Of a stretch of DNA of 64,000 nucleotides, positions 43,971 to 53,441 are shown one piece after another. Source of the stretch: Alphaproteobacteria bacterium (GTDB lineage Bacteria; Pseudomonadota; Alphaproteobacteria; JAAXGF01). How positions within the stretch are numbered: position 1 is the first letter of the stretch; the number at the start of each line of letters is the position of its first letter. The position numbers and the translations under genes are program-made. Location of the stretch: the NCBI GenBank assembly GCA_963555825.3, contig CAUVXB020000002.1, forward strand, positions 2,368,001 through 2,432,000. Reading direction: 5' to 3'. The notes beneath the pieces are model-generated. The model saw only the letters and a list, made by a program, of their open reading frames with translations. It ran no database searches and was not told the DNA's origin.

Positions 43971-44471
43971 GGCGGCTCCCCTATTGGCGGTTATCAAACA
44001 ACCTCCATGGCACATTGCGATGCCGGCGGTGGAGCCGTCCACAGCATCACAAGGAGACCTCAAGCGACCTCGTTTTCGATGTCCGGTTCCGAGCAGTGAG
44101 CAGACATAAAACGCCGCAGTTCCGAAATTCGGGTTTCATCGTCCGGTTTGCGGCCCAAAGCCGACCTCGGCAGCTATACCCAAAAAAACCTTCAAATTAG
44201 GCGGATACAAAAACCGGCCATAGCGCTTGTGTACGCGGCGCGGCGTGGGGGGCTGCCGGCACCCGAGCCGGGCCGCCGCCTCAACCTCGCACCGGAATGC
44301 CCCGTCGCGACGCCGTGGAGGCCGTTGGCGCACGGAACAACGTTGCCGGACCTCCCCCTCTCACCTGCTCGAAACGCAGCATGCCGCTATCTATTTGCTA
44401 CCTGGCACGTATTCAAATTTTGCCGGCGCGCATCTCTCTCAGAAATTTTCCAACTAACTCTTTGAAAAGAA

Positions 44472-44558
44472 TGGTGCCCCCAGGGAGACTCGAACTCCCA
44501 CGTCCGTAAGGACAACAGATTTTGAGTCTGCCGCGTCTGCCAATTCCGCCACAGGGGC
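44472..44558 (-). tRNA. tRNA-Leu(CAA)
   Basis: GCCCCTGTGGCGGAATTGGCAGACGCG-GCAGA CTCAAAA TCTGT-long variable arm-GGGAGTTCGAGTCTCCC-TGGGGGCACCA. Confidence 0.95.
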
Positions 44559-44695
44559 TCTGGGCCGGGCGCATGATACCCGAGCGCCTCTTGCCGTCAA
44601 GACGGTCGGGCGCTGTCCGATGGTGATTGCCCACGGCGCGGCGCTCGGCTTATATGCGCGGCGCCGGGGCGTGCCCGGCGACGGAGGGCTATGGC

Positions 44696-45277
44696 ATGCT
44701 CAAGCGGTTCTACGACCGGGTGATGGCGCTCGCGGCGCACCGCAACGCCAAGTGGTGGCTGGCGCTGATCTCCTTCGTCGAGAGCTCGATCTTCCCGATC
44801 CCGCCCGACGTCATGCTGATCCCCATGGTGCTGGCGCGGCGGACCGATGCCTGGCGCATCGCCGCGGTCTGCGCGCTGGCCTCGGTGGCCGGCGGCTGCG
44901 CCGGCTACGCCATCGGCTTCTTCCTGTTCGACGCGGTCGGCCGGCCGCTCCTGGAGTTCTACGGCCAGATGGCCGCCTTCGACGAATTCCGCGCCGGCTA
45001 CAACGAGTGGGGCGCGTGGATCGTCTTCGGCGCCGGGATAACGCCCTTCCCCTACAAGGTGATCACCATCGCGAGCGGCGTCACCGGGCTCGATTTCCTG
45101 GTCTTCACGATCGCCTCGCTGCTGGCGCGCGGGCTGCGATTCTTCTTCGTCACGGCCCTGCTGTGGTACTTCGGCGAGCCCATCCGGGGCTTCATCGAGC
45201 GCCACCTGGGCAAGTTGACGGTGCTGTTCTTCGTGCTTCTGCTCGGCGGCTTCGTGATCGTCAAATATATAGTCTAG
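44696..45277 (+). CDS. YqaA/DedA-family membrane protein
   Basis: SFVESSIFPIPPD, GITPFPYKV. Confidence 0.9.
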   Translation: MLKRFYDRVMALAAHRNAKWWLALISFVESSIFPIPPDVMLIPMVLARRTDAWRIAAVCALASVAGGCAGYAIGFFLFDAVGRPLLEFYGQMAAFDEFRAGYNEWGAWIVFGAGITPFPYKVITIASGVTGLDFLVFTIASLLARGLRFFFVTALLWYFGEPIRGFIERHLGKLTVLFFVLLLGGFVIVKYIV

Positions 45278-45328
45278 CCGGTGACGGCCAACGTTTCGCG
45301 CCCGCGCACGAGCCGCTAAGCTGGCGCC

Positions 45329-45826
45329 ATGCTGATCAGCCGCACGATCGCCGCCCTTATACTCGCCGCGAGCCTCGGCGCGCTGGCCGGCGCTTTCGTC
45401 GCCGAGACCGTCTTCGACCTCGCGCCCTGCCCGCTTTGCATCTATCAGCGCTGGCCCTATGTCGCCACCGCGCTCTTTGCCGCGCTCGCCATGGCGACCG
45501 CGGCGCGCGGGCGCTGGCCGGCGCTGTTGGTCGGCTTGGCGAGCCTCGTCTTCGCCGGCGAGGCGGCGCTCGCATTCTACCACGTCGGCGTCGAGCAGGG
45601 CTGGTTCGAGGGCCTGGCGGCCTGTGCCGGCGCCGGCGAGACGCCCGCGACACTCGAGGCGCTGCGCGCCCAGCTCCTCGAAGGCCCGCCGCCGCCGCGC
45701 TGCGACGAACCGGCCTGGACGCTGTTCGGCGTCTCGATGGCCGGCTATAACGTGATCTACGCGGCGGCGTTGGCCGGCTTCAGCGGCGCCGCCGCGGTCA
45801 TCATGGCGAAGAGGTCGCGCGCGTGA
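45329..45826 (+). CDS. dsbB: Disulfide bond formation protein B family
   Basis: PCPLCIYQRWP, YHVGVE, second Cys pair. Confidence 0.85.
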   Translation: MLISRTIAALILAASLGALAGAFVAETVFDLAPCPLCIYQRWPYVATALFAALAMATAARGRWPALLVGLASLVFAGEAALAFYHVGVEQGWFEGLAACAGAGETPATLEALRAQLLEGPPPPRCDEPAWTLFGVSMAGYNVIYAAALAGFSGAAAVIMAKRSRA

Positions 45827-46407
45827 CCAACAAATCGAACAAACGGAACGCTCGGCCGACAATGACCGGAGAAGACCGCCTGCCGGGCGACCTGGCACCA
45901 GAGGCGCTGATCGAACGCATGATCCGGGTCGACCACGCCGGTGAGTTCGGCGCCGCGCGCATTTACCAAGGCCAGCTCGCCGTGCTCGGTCGCTCGAAGA
46001 GCGCGGCGACCATCCGCCGCATGGCCGAGCAGGAGCAGCGCCACCTCGCCGCCTTCGACGCACTCGTCGTCGAGCGCCGCGTGCGGCCGACTGCGCTGTC
46101 GCCGTTGTGGCACGCCGCCGGCTTCGCGCTCGGCGCGGCCAGCGCGGCCTTGGGCGAGCGCGCCGCGATGGCCTGCACCGTCGCGGTCGAAGAGGTCATC
46201 GGCGAGCACTACGCCGCCCAGGCCGCCAAACTTGGCGACGACGAGGCCGAGCTGCGCGGCCTGATCGAGGAATTCCGCGCCGACGAAATGGCGCACCGCG
46301 ACACCGGTCTCGCCGAGGGCGCCGAACAGATGACCGGCTACCGGCCCTTCTCGGACGCGATCAAGGCCGGCACCCGCCTCGCCATCTGGCTCTCGGAGCG
46401 GGTTTAG
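45823..46407 (+). CDS. coq7: Demethoxyubiquinone hydroxylase
   Basis: IRVDHAGE.GA..IY.GQ, MACTVAVEEVI..HY, FRADE..HRD. Confidence 0.9.
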   Translation: MTNKSNKRNARPTMTGEDRLPGDLAPEALIERMIRVDHAGEFGAARIYQGQLAVLGRSKSAATIRRMAEQEQRHLAAFDALVVERRVRPTALSPLWHAAGFALGAASAALGERAAMACTVAVEEVIGEHYAAQAAKLGDDEAELRGLIEEFRADEMAHRDTGLAEGAEQMTGYRPFSDAIKAGTRLAIWLSERV

Positions 46408-46568
46408 GGCCCGATCCAATCAGGCTCGGTCGAAATCTACCAGGCCGCGCCAACCTTATTGGGACAAGAGGGGGCCCGCCGACCGTTCGGCCAGCTTTGA
46501 TTCCATAAGACTGGCATGCGCGGCGATTGAGCGCAGGTCACCTTTAGGTGACCGCACAAAGAACTCTA
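46405..46568 (+). repeat. Structured repeat family B, copy 2
   Basis: Begins at the coq7 TAG; same conserved blocks; ends CTCTA. Confidence 0.85.
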
Positions 46569-46570
46569 TC

Positions 46571-47356
46571 TCACGCGACGCGGCCGTAGAAGGTCTCGCG
46601 GGTATGGGCGTCCAGGACCTTGCCTTCCTCGGGCGAGTATGAGAACACCGCGACGAGCCGCGGCCGCGAGCCGGTCACCGGCGTCACGCGGTGCAGCGTC
46701 CGGCTGCCGCGAAAGACGACCAGCGCGCCGGCCGGCTGGCGCAGCTCCTGGACCTCGCCGGAACGCCCTTCGAGCACGGCGTCGACGACATCGTAGTTCT
46801 CGTCGCCGTCGTCCCGGATGAAGGGCGCAAACTCGAAGCCGGCGCCGTCTTCGGGCGACTGCAGCAGAAGCGTGACGACGAAGGTCGCGACGTCGAAGTG
46901 CCAACCCGTCTGGCAGCCCTCGTTGTAGACCAGGATGTTCATCGGGGCCAGCGCGTCGGCGTAGGGATAGAGCCTGTCGAAGCCGAGCAGCTGGGCCAGG
47001 AAGACTTGGAAAGTCGGCCAGTTATAGAGGCCGTTCAAGACCGAATCGCGCGGAATCCAGTCGTAGGCGAGCGTCGCCGAGTCGGTCGTCTGCTTGCGGT
47101 TGCGCGGATGGTCCGGGCCGAAGGCTTCGTCGTCCTTGATCAGATAGGGGCTGTGGCTCTTGGTCTTGTAAAAGGCGTTGCCGAGATTGGGCTCGACCTC
47201 GGCGACCACGACCGGCAGGCACTCGGGCTTCATGAAGCCCTCGAGCACACAGGCGCCACTCGCCGCGAGGTCCCCGTCACAGCGCTCGAGCAGGCGCCGG
47301 TATGCCTCGCTGCCGGGTTGGTCGATGGGGTAGCGTTCGAGATCGATCGTGTCCAT
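46571..47356 (-). CDS. 2OG-Fe(II) oxygenase (BesD/HalD-fold related, HxD type)
   Basis: DLERYPI, GWHFD, FRG..TLHRVTPV.G.R.R. Confidence 0.75.
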   Translation of the reverse strand: MDTIDLERYPIDQPGSEAYRRLLERCDGDLAASGACVLEGFMKPECLPVVVAEVEPNLGNAFYKTKSHSPYLIKDDEAFGPDHPRNRKQTTDSATLAYDWIPRDSVLNGLYNWPTFQVFLAQLLGFDRLYPYADALAPMNILVYNEGCQTGWHFDVATFVVTLLLQSPEDGAGFEFAPFIRDDGDENYDVVDAVLEGRSGEVQELRQPAGALVVFRGSRTLHRVTPVTGSRPRLVAVFSYSPEEGKVLDAHTRETFYGRVA

Positions 47357-47490
47357 GCCGATAACCCATTTTCAGGGGCCCGGCCCAAGCCGAACCACCG
47401 TGCATTCGATATGCGCGGCGCCCACGGGCGTCCGCTGTCCTCTCTATAGTCGGCCTCAATATAGAGAGCCACAAAGTTTTTCGGCAGGCG

Positions 47491-48402
47491 CTAGTCGTCG
47501 TCGCGGAACGCGGTGACGATCCAGTCGGCGACGGCGCGGCGCTCGGCCGACGGCGCCGCTTCGGGATGGGTGACAAGGTGGAACGCGTGGTCGGGGCGTA
47601 GCCGCGTCTCGCAGGCGCTGACCAGCAGGCCGGTGGCGAGATGGTCCCCGACCAATTGGCGCCAGCCGAGCGCGATGCCCTGACCCTCGACCGCCGCGTT
47701 GACGAGCACCGTGAACGAGTCGGCGCGCAGCGCCGGCCTGGGCGGCGGGCCGGTGACGCCGACGCCGCGCAGCCAAAGCGGCCAGTCGATCCAGTGCCGG
47801 CGCGGCTCGTCGAGGAACAGCAGTCGTTCGCGCAGCAGTGCATCGGGCGTGGCGAACGGCCCGCGCTCGGCCAGATAGGACGGCGCGCAGACCGGGAAGA
47901 CCTCGGTGTGGTCGAGCAGCTCGACGGTGAGGCCGGGCCAGCGGCCGGTGCCGTAGCGAATGCCGATGTCGAAGCGGTCGGCGACGCCGTGCAATTCGAG
48001 GTCGGTCGCCAGCACCTGGACCTCGACGTCGGGGATCGCGGCGCGCAGCCGGCCGAGCCGGGGAATCAGCCAGAGCGACGCGAAGGCCGAGGTCGCCGCG
48101 ATGGTCACGCCGTGGCCCGGCGAGCCGGCGCGAAACGCATCCGCCGCCTCGGCGATCTGGTCGAGCGCCATGGCCACCGTGCGGTGCAGACGCCGGCCTT
48201 CGGCGGTCAGCTCGATCGTCTTGTGGCGGCGGTCGAACAGCGGCGCGCCGAGCGCGTCCTCGAGCAAGCGGATCTGGCGGCTGACGGCGCCCTGGGTGAC
48301 GTTGAGCTCGACCGCCGCGCGCGTGAAGCTGGTCAACCGCCCGGCCGCCTCGAAGAACGCCAGCGCGCCCGGGTTAGGCAGACGCTTTGCGAGCGTTGGC
48401 AT
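47491..48402 (-). CDS. LysR-family regulator (GcvA-like)
   Basis: FEAAGR..SFTRAA.ELNVTQGAVSRQIR.LE; divergent from the Rieske oxygenase. Confidence 0.9.
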   Translation of the reverse strand: MPTLAKRLPNPGALAFFEAAGRLTSFTRAAVELNVTQGAVSRQIRLLEDALGAPLFDRRHKTIELTAEGRRLHRTVAMALDQIAEAADAFRAGSPGHGVTIAATSAFASLWLIPRLGRLRAAIPDVEVQVLATDLELHGVADRFDIGIRYGTGRWPGLTVELLDHTEVFPVCAPSYLAERGPFATPDALLRERLLFLDEPRRHWIDWPLWLRGVGVTGPPPRPALRADSFTVLVNAAVEGQGIALGWRQLVGDHLATGLLVSACETRLRPDHAFHLVTHPEAAPSAERRAVADWIVTAFRDDD

Positions 48403-48485
48403 TACGAATTCTCATTCATATTCACGAATAAACGTCGTTTGCACCGCATAACGACGAGGAATACCATATTTTTCGTGATGCACCA

Positions 48486-49691
48486 ATGAGGACGGGTCGG
48501 ATGGAACACTGCCTGACCGCCGCCGAGCTCGACGCCGCGACGCGGCCCATCGCCAGCGCCCGCGGCCTGCCCAACCGCGCCTATACGTCGGCCGACTGGG
48601 CGGCCATGGAACGTGACCAAATGCTCGGCCGCACCTGGACCTGTATCGGCTTCGCCGACGAGGTGCCGGCGCGCCACGCCGTGCCGATCGATTTGCTCGG
48701 CCTACCGCTGGTCGCCGTGCGCGACCCCGACGAGACGGTGCGCGTGTTCCACAACGTCTGCCGCCACCGCGGCCACAAGCTGGTCGGCGGCCCCTGCGCG
48801 CTCAAGTCGGGCTTCGTCTGCCCCTACCACGGCTGGATGTACGGCTTCGACGGCACACTCGAGATGACGCCGCATATCGGCGGCGCCCGGGTCCACGAGG
48901 TCGCCGGCTTCGACAAGGCCGCGCACGGTCTGTTCGCGGTGCGCAGCGCGGTCTGGCTCGGCATGATCTTCGTCAACCTTTCGGGTGACGCGCCCGAGTT
49001 CGCCGCATTCATCGCGCCGCTGATCGGGCGCTGGGCGCCGTTTACCGGGCCGGACGGGATGGCTGGGCTGGTCGCCGCCGCGCCGGTCGCCGGCAGCGAC
49101 CTCGAGGTCCGCGCCAACTGGAAGCTCGCGGTCGAGAACTTCTGCGAGAGCTATCACCTGCCCAACATCCATCCGGGCCTGAACGGCTATTCCAAGATGT
49201 CCGACCATTACAACATCATGGCCGGCGACTGGGGCGCCGGCCAGGGCTGCACCGCCTTCGACTACGGCGCGCGCTCGGGCCTCGCCTTCCCGCCGTTCGC
49301 CGACTGGCCCGAGGACAAGCGCAGCCACGCCGAGTACATCACGCTGTTCCCCAACGTACTGTTGGGCCTGCACCTCGACCACGTCTTCGCCATGGTGCTG
49401 AGGCCGCTCGCCCACGACCGCACCGTCGAGGCGACGCGGCTCTATTTCATCGGCGAGGCGGCGACCGACACGGCCCAAGAAAATGCCCGCGCGACATTGC
49501 TCGCGGACTGGCTCGAGATCTTCGTCGAGGACATCGGCGTGGTCGAGGGCATGCAACAGGGCCGCGCCTCGCCGGCCTATGACGGCGGCGCGTTCTCGCC
49601 GTTCCACGAGGAGGCGACCCACCACTTCCACGGCTGGGTGGCGCGCCGCGTCGCCGGCGGGCCACGGGCGGCGGAGACCAAGGTCGCGTAG
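48486..49691 (+). CDS. Rieske oxygenase alpha subunit (choline monooxygenase-like)
   Basis: CRHRG...CPYHGW Rieske ligands; NWKLAVENFCESYHLPNIHP. Confidence 0.9.
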   Translation: MRTGRMEHCLTAAELDAATRPIASARGLPNRAYTSADWAAMERDQMLGRTWTCIGFADEVPARHAVPIDLLGLPLVAVRDPDETVRVFHNVCRHRGHKLVGGPCALKSGFVCPYHGWMYGFDGTLEMTPHIGGARVHEVAGFDKAAHGLFAVRSAVWLGMIFVNLSGDAPEFAAFIAPLIGRWAPFTGPDGMAGLVAAAPVAGSDLEVRANWKLAVENFCESYHLPNIHPGLNGYSKMSDHYNIMAGDWGAGQGCTAFDYGARSGLAFPPFADWPEDKRSHAEYITLFPNVLLGLHLDHVFAMVLRPLAHDRTVEATRLYFIGEAATDTAQENARATLLADWLEIFVEDIGVVEGMQQGRASPAYDGGAFSPFHEEATHHFHGWVARRVAGGPRAAETKVA

Positions 49692-49717
49692 GTTCGGGTC
49701 GGCGCGCATTCACGCCA

Positions 49718-49915
49718 TAGAGCCGAATCCGATCGATTGAGTACGGCCGAAATCTACCAGCCCGCGCCAGTCTTAATGGGACAAGAGGGGGGCCGCCGAC
49801 CGTTCGGCCAATCCTTATGGGATCAAGACTGTCCATATGGGATAAAGATTGGCATGCGCGGCGATTGAGCGCAGGTCATCTTTGCGTGAGCCAAAGATGA
49901 CCGAAAAATGATCTA
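49718..49915 (+). repeat. Structured repeat family B, copy 3
   Basis: Same conserved blocks; internal duplication of TATGGGAT.AAGA.TG; ends at the HNH stop codon. Confidence 0.85.
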
Positions 49916-50479
49916 CGGGTCGAGCTCGCTGTCCCAGTAGAGGAAGTCGCGCCAGCTCTCGTGCAGGAAGTCGGGGCGGAAGGCGCGGCCGTTCTCCTGC
50001 AGGCGCCTGACCGTCGGGACGACCGGCGCGATCAGCGGGTGCATGTGGCACTCGTCGCCCAGCCGGTTGCCCTTGTCGCGGTTGCAGGCGATGCAGGCGG
50101 TGACGACGTTCTCCCACACCGTGCGGCCGCCGCGCGAGCGCGGCACGATATGATCGAAGGTCAGCTCCTCGGTCGGATAGCCGGTGCCGCAGTACTGGCA
50201 GCCGAAGCGGTCGCGCAGGAAGACGTTGAAGCGCGTGAAGGCGGGCCGCCGGTTCATCGGGATATAGCGCTTGAGCGCGATGACGCTGGGCAGGTTGATC
50301 TCCCAGCTCGGCGAGCGCACCGCGCGGTCGTATTCCGACAGGATGGCGACGCGGTCGAGGAACACCGCCTTGACCACGTCCTGCCACGACCAGAGCGACA
50401 GCGGGAAGTAGCTCAAGGGGCGATAATCGGCGTTCAGCACCAGCGCCGGGCAGCGCTCGAGCGACATCATATGATCCAT
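49913..50479 (-). CDS. HNH endonuclease (McrA-like)
   Basis: LVLNADY.PL, RD.F.CQYCG, TFDHIVPRSRGG...WENVVTAC..CN..K. Confidence 0.9.
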   Translation of the reverse strand: MDHMMSLERCPALVLNADYRPLSYFPLSLWSWQDVVKAVFLDRVAILSEYDRAVRSPSWEINLPSVIALKRYIPMNRRPAFTRFNVFLRDRFGCQYCGTGYPTEELTFDHIVPRSRGGRTVWENVVTACIACNRDKGNRLGDECHMHPLIAPVVPTVRRLQENGRAFRPDFLHESWRDFLYWDSELDP

Positions 50480-50578
50480 GCCCCGTAACCCTTTCTGCGA
50501 ACACAAAAATACACACCGGCTGTGACGGATCAAGGGCAAAGAGCAGGCGCGGCCCGGGGCGGCGGCCCACCGATCGGC

Positions 50579-50755
50579 TAATGCACACTCTTATCGGTCG
50601 GATTTATTCGGATTAAAACAGCCCGCGCCAGTCTTGATTCCGACAAGAGGGGGGCCGCCGACCGTTCGGCCAATCCTTATGGGATCAAGATTGGCAAGCG
50701 CGGCGACTGAGCGCAGGTCACCTTTACGACGTAAAGGTGACCGCAAAACAGCCTA
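50579..50755 (+). repeat. Structured repeat family B, copy 4
   Basis: Same conserved blocks; ends at the esterase stop codon. Confidence 0.85.
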
Positions 50756-51415
50756 GCCGCCCAGCGTATCGGCCAGCAGATCGCCGGCGATCTCGAGGCC
50801 TTGCGGGTCGATGCCGTGGCCCAGGCCGGGCGTGGCGTGCCAGCGCACCGGCACGTCGTTGGCGCCGAGCACCGCGACCGCGTCGGCCAGCTCGGCGAAG
50901 GGCACCATCGGGTCGGCCTCGCCGTGGGCGAGCATGACCGGCGGCCGTGAACGGATCTCGCCGGCCAGGGTGTCGGGGCCGAGCAATCGGCCCGAGAAGC
51001 CGATCACGGCGGCGCAAGGCGCCGCGCGGCGCAGCGCGACGTCGAGCGCCATCATGGCGCCCTGGCTGAAGCCGACCAAGGCGAGGCGGTCCTCGGCGAG
51101 GCCCATCTCGGCGAGCACCGTATCGAGGTAGCGATCGATCACCGCGCGGGCGTGGACGACGCCGGCCATGATCTCGTCCGGCGCGCGGTCCTCGAAGCTG
51201 AACCACTGGCGGCCCATCGGGTTGGCGTCGCATACATAGGGCGCATGGGGCGAGACGAAACGCGCGTGCGGCAGCCGACGGGCCCAGTTCAGCGCGAGGC
51301 CGATCAGGTCGTTGCCGTCGGCGCCCCAGCCGTGCAACAGCACGACGAGCTGGCGCGGCGACCCGCCCGACGCGGGCGCCTGGTCGGGTCCGGAAATTTC
51401 GGGCAGGTCGGTCAT
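50753..51415 (-). CDS. Phospholipase/carboxylesterase (alpha/beta hydrolase)
   Basis: LHGWGADG, GFSQG, HG.AD..VP, GHGI. Confidence 0.9.
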   Translation of the reverse strand: MTDLPEISGPDQAPASGGSPRQLVVLLHGWGADGNDLIGLALNWARRLPHARFVSPHAPYVCDANPMGRQWFSFEDRAPDEIMAGVVHARAVIDRYLDTVLAEMGLAEDRLALVGFSQGAMMALDVALRRAAPCAAVIGFSGRLLGPDTLAGEIRSRPPVMLAHGEADPMVPFAELADAVAVLGANDVPVRWHATPGLGHGIDPQGLEIAGDLLADTLGG

Positions 51416-51549
51416 CGGCATCTCGGCGTGGCGGGTCTGAACGAAATAGCGAACATTTTTGCCGCCCCCGGCCACTCGGCGATTCCCATTCGGGCCCGGC
51501 TGTGGCAGTTTGGCACGGCGCGGAAGCACGCAAACAGTTGCTACACCAG

Positions 51550-52482
51550 ATGAAACGCCAGGTCGACGAAAACCCCGCACGCCAAGCCGAGAAGGCCGCG
51601 CCGAGAACCCCGACGACGCGGTTCGCGCCGACGCCGTCGGGCTATATGCACCTGGGCCACGCCTATTCGGCGCTGGTCGGCTGGCACGCCGCGGCCGAAG
51701 CCGGCGGCCGGCTGCGCCTGCGCATCGAGGACATCGACGTCGGCCGTTGCCGGCCGCAGTTCGAGCAGGCGATCTACGACGACCTCGCCTGGCTCGGCAT
51801 CGAATGGGCCGGCGACGTCCGGCGCCAGTCGGACCACCTGGCCGATTACGCCGATGCGCTCGAGGAGCTCAGCCGGCTCGGCCTGCTCTATCCCTGCTTC
51901 TGCACCCGCGCCGAGGTGCGCGCCGAGATTGCCAACGCCGACGCCGCGCCGCACGGGCCCGACGGCCCGCATTATCCGGGCACCTGCCGCGCGCTGGGCC
52001 GCCAGGAGCAGAACCGGCGCATCCGCGCCGGCCGGGCGCATGCGCTGCGCATCGACATGGACAAGGCCTGCGAGCGCGCCGGCCGGCTGACCTGGACCGA
52101 CCGCAAGGCGGGCGAGATCGAGGCCGATCCACGCGGCGCGGGCGACGTCGTGCTGGCGCGCAAGGACGTGCCGACGAGCTACCATCTGGCGGTGACGCTC
52201 GACGATCACCTGCAGGGTGTCACCCTGGTGACGCGCGGCTGGGACCTGTTCCAAGCGACCCACGTTCACCGGCTGCTGCAGGCGCTGTTGGGCCTGCGCA
52301 CGCCCGACTACCACCACCACCCGATGATCACCGATCCGAACGGCGTCAGGCTCGCCAAGCGCAACCGCGCGGTGACGCTGCGCGCGCTGCGCAACGCCGG
52401 CAAGACGTCCGACGACGTGCGCGCCATGGTGCCGCTCGAGGCGACCATGGCGGTGCTGCGTTCAGCGGTGCAGGCCGGCTAG
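51550..52482 (+). CDS. gluQ: Glutamyl-Q tRNA(Asp) synthetase
   Basis: RFAPTPSGYMHLGH, LRIEDID, YPCFCTR, SYHLAV..DD, RLAKR; no anticodon-binding domain. Confidence 0.9.
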   Translation: MKRQVDENPARQAEKAAPRTPTTRFAPTPSGYMHLGHAYSALVGWHAAAEAGGRLRLRIEDIDVGRCRPQFEQAIYDDLAWLGIEWAGDVRRQSDHLADYADALEELSRLGLLYPCFCTRAEVRAEIANADAAPHGPDGPHYPGTCRALGRQEQNRRIRAGRAHALRIDMDKACERAGRLTWTDRKAGEIEADPRGAGDVVLARKDVPTSYHLAVTLDDHLQGVTLVTRGWDLFQATHVHRLLQALLGLRTPDYHHHPMITDPNGVRLAKRNRAVTLRALRNAGKTSDDVRAMVPLEATMAVLRSAVQAG

Positions 52483-53307
52483 GATCTCGAGGTAATCGGG
52501 ATCGTCGGGCGCGATCAGCCCGTGGCGCAGGAAGAAGTCTATGTTGATCAGGTTGCAGTTGAACTTGAACTCCTGCGTGTCACGCGTCACGTCCATGACG
52601 CGCTCGACCGGCCATAGGTAGAATTCCTCGATCTCGCCGTCGACGTTCTCGGGCGTGAAACCGGCTGGCAATTCCAGGTCATAGGCGAACTGGACGTCGG
52701 GCTTGAGGCCGTCGTCGGTCTCCATGCAGTACCTCACCGCGCCGACCGGAACGGCGCGCGCGGCGATCTCGCGCGGCACGCCGGCCTCCTCGGCCGCCTC
52801 CTTGATCAGGTTGTCCATGAGCCCGATGCCGATCGGCTGGCCGCCGGCGACGAAGTTGTCGAGCATGCCAGGATACGTCGGCTTGTCGCGCGCGCGGCGG
52901 CCGATCCACATTTCGATGGCGCCGCCCGCGCGGACGAAGCCGTTGACGTGGATGCCCCAGGACCGGACGCCCATGAGCGGCACCGCGGCGCGCTCCATCC
53001 GCAGCAGCGGCGGCGCGGCGAAGGACGTCGCCACCGGGTAGTCCTCGCCGCGCCAGTCGGCAATCGCGCCGTCGGCCTCGATCGCGCGCAGCACGCCCTC
53101 GACCGCGGCCGAGCGCGCCTCGAAGCCGTCGAGCCCGGACGCCAGCGCGACGCCACTTTCGTCGACAACGAAGACCTCGGGGAAGGCCGCGAGACGCCCG
53201 GCGAAGGCCGGCTTGACCCGGCCGAGCACCGACCCGTCGATGGTGAACGGCACGAAGTGGCTCGGCTCCCAGGCGTTGCAGCGATTGATGTGGTCGAGGT
53301 AGCTCAA
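52462..53307 (-). CDS. NUDIX hydrolase with DUF4743-type N-terminus
   Basis: WRGE.YPV, GIHVNG, K.TYPG.LDN.VAGG, KEAAEEAG, FKFNC. Confidence 0.85.
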   Translation of the reverse strand: MSYLDHINRCNAWEPSHFVPFTIDGSVLGRVKPAFAGRLAAFPEVFVVDESGVALASGLDGFEARSAAVEGVLRAIEADGAIADWRGEDYPVATSFAAPPLLRMERAAVPLMGVRSWGIHVNGFVRAGGAIEMWIGRRARDKPTYPGMLDNFVAGGQPIGIGLMDNLIKEAAEEAGVPREIAARAVPVGAVRYCMETDDGLKPDVQFAYDLELPAGFTPENVDGEIEEFYLWPVERVMDVTRDTQEFKFNCNLINIDFFLRHGLIAPDDPDYLEILAGLHR

Positions 53308-53441
53308 CGGTCGGCTCCGGTTCGGTCGGTTGGCGCATCCTAGGGGGCGTCGCGCCGATCACGAAGCTCTGATTTGGCCGTGCCCGGCGCGGTCGGTTAC
53401 AACCTGATGGCGGATGTTCGATTGAACCAGCGGACCACGCC

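Larger units (their letters stand above)
41232..44049 (-). mobile_element. IS110-family (IS1111-type) element, recombinase 41479-42507, interrupted by IS256
   Basis: DEDD motifs (GLDLAK, IEAC, KNDAADA) and QDSTGG; sub-terminal IR GTGGACGGCTCC (41235-41246)/GGAGCCGTCCAC (44031-44042); TCA at both junctions. Confidence 0.9.

Noticed and set aside
2426-46407. Genome-wide TAG reassignment
   Set aside because: Conserved genes (chaC, sdhD, coq7) end in TAG at their expected C-termini.
46571-47356. BesD/HalD-type halogenase
   Set aside because: The iron motif is HFD (HxD), not HxG/A, which indicates a hydroxylase-type site.
49913-50479. IscB/HEARO-type RNA-guided nuclease
   Set aside because: The protein is short, has no PLMP or split RuvC motifs, and sits in the usual esterase-gluQ context.
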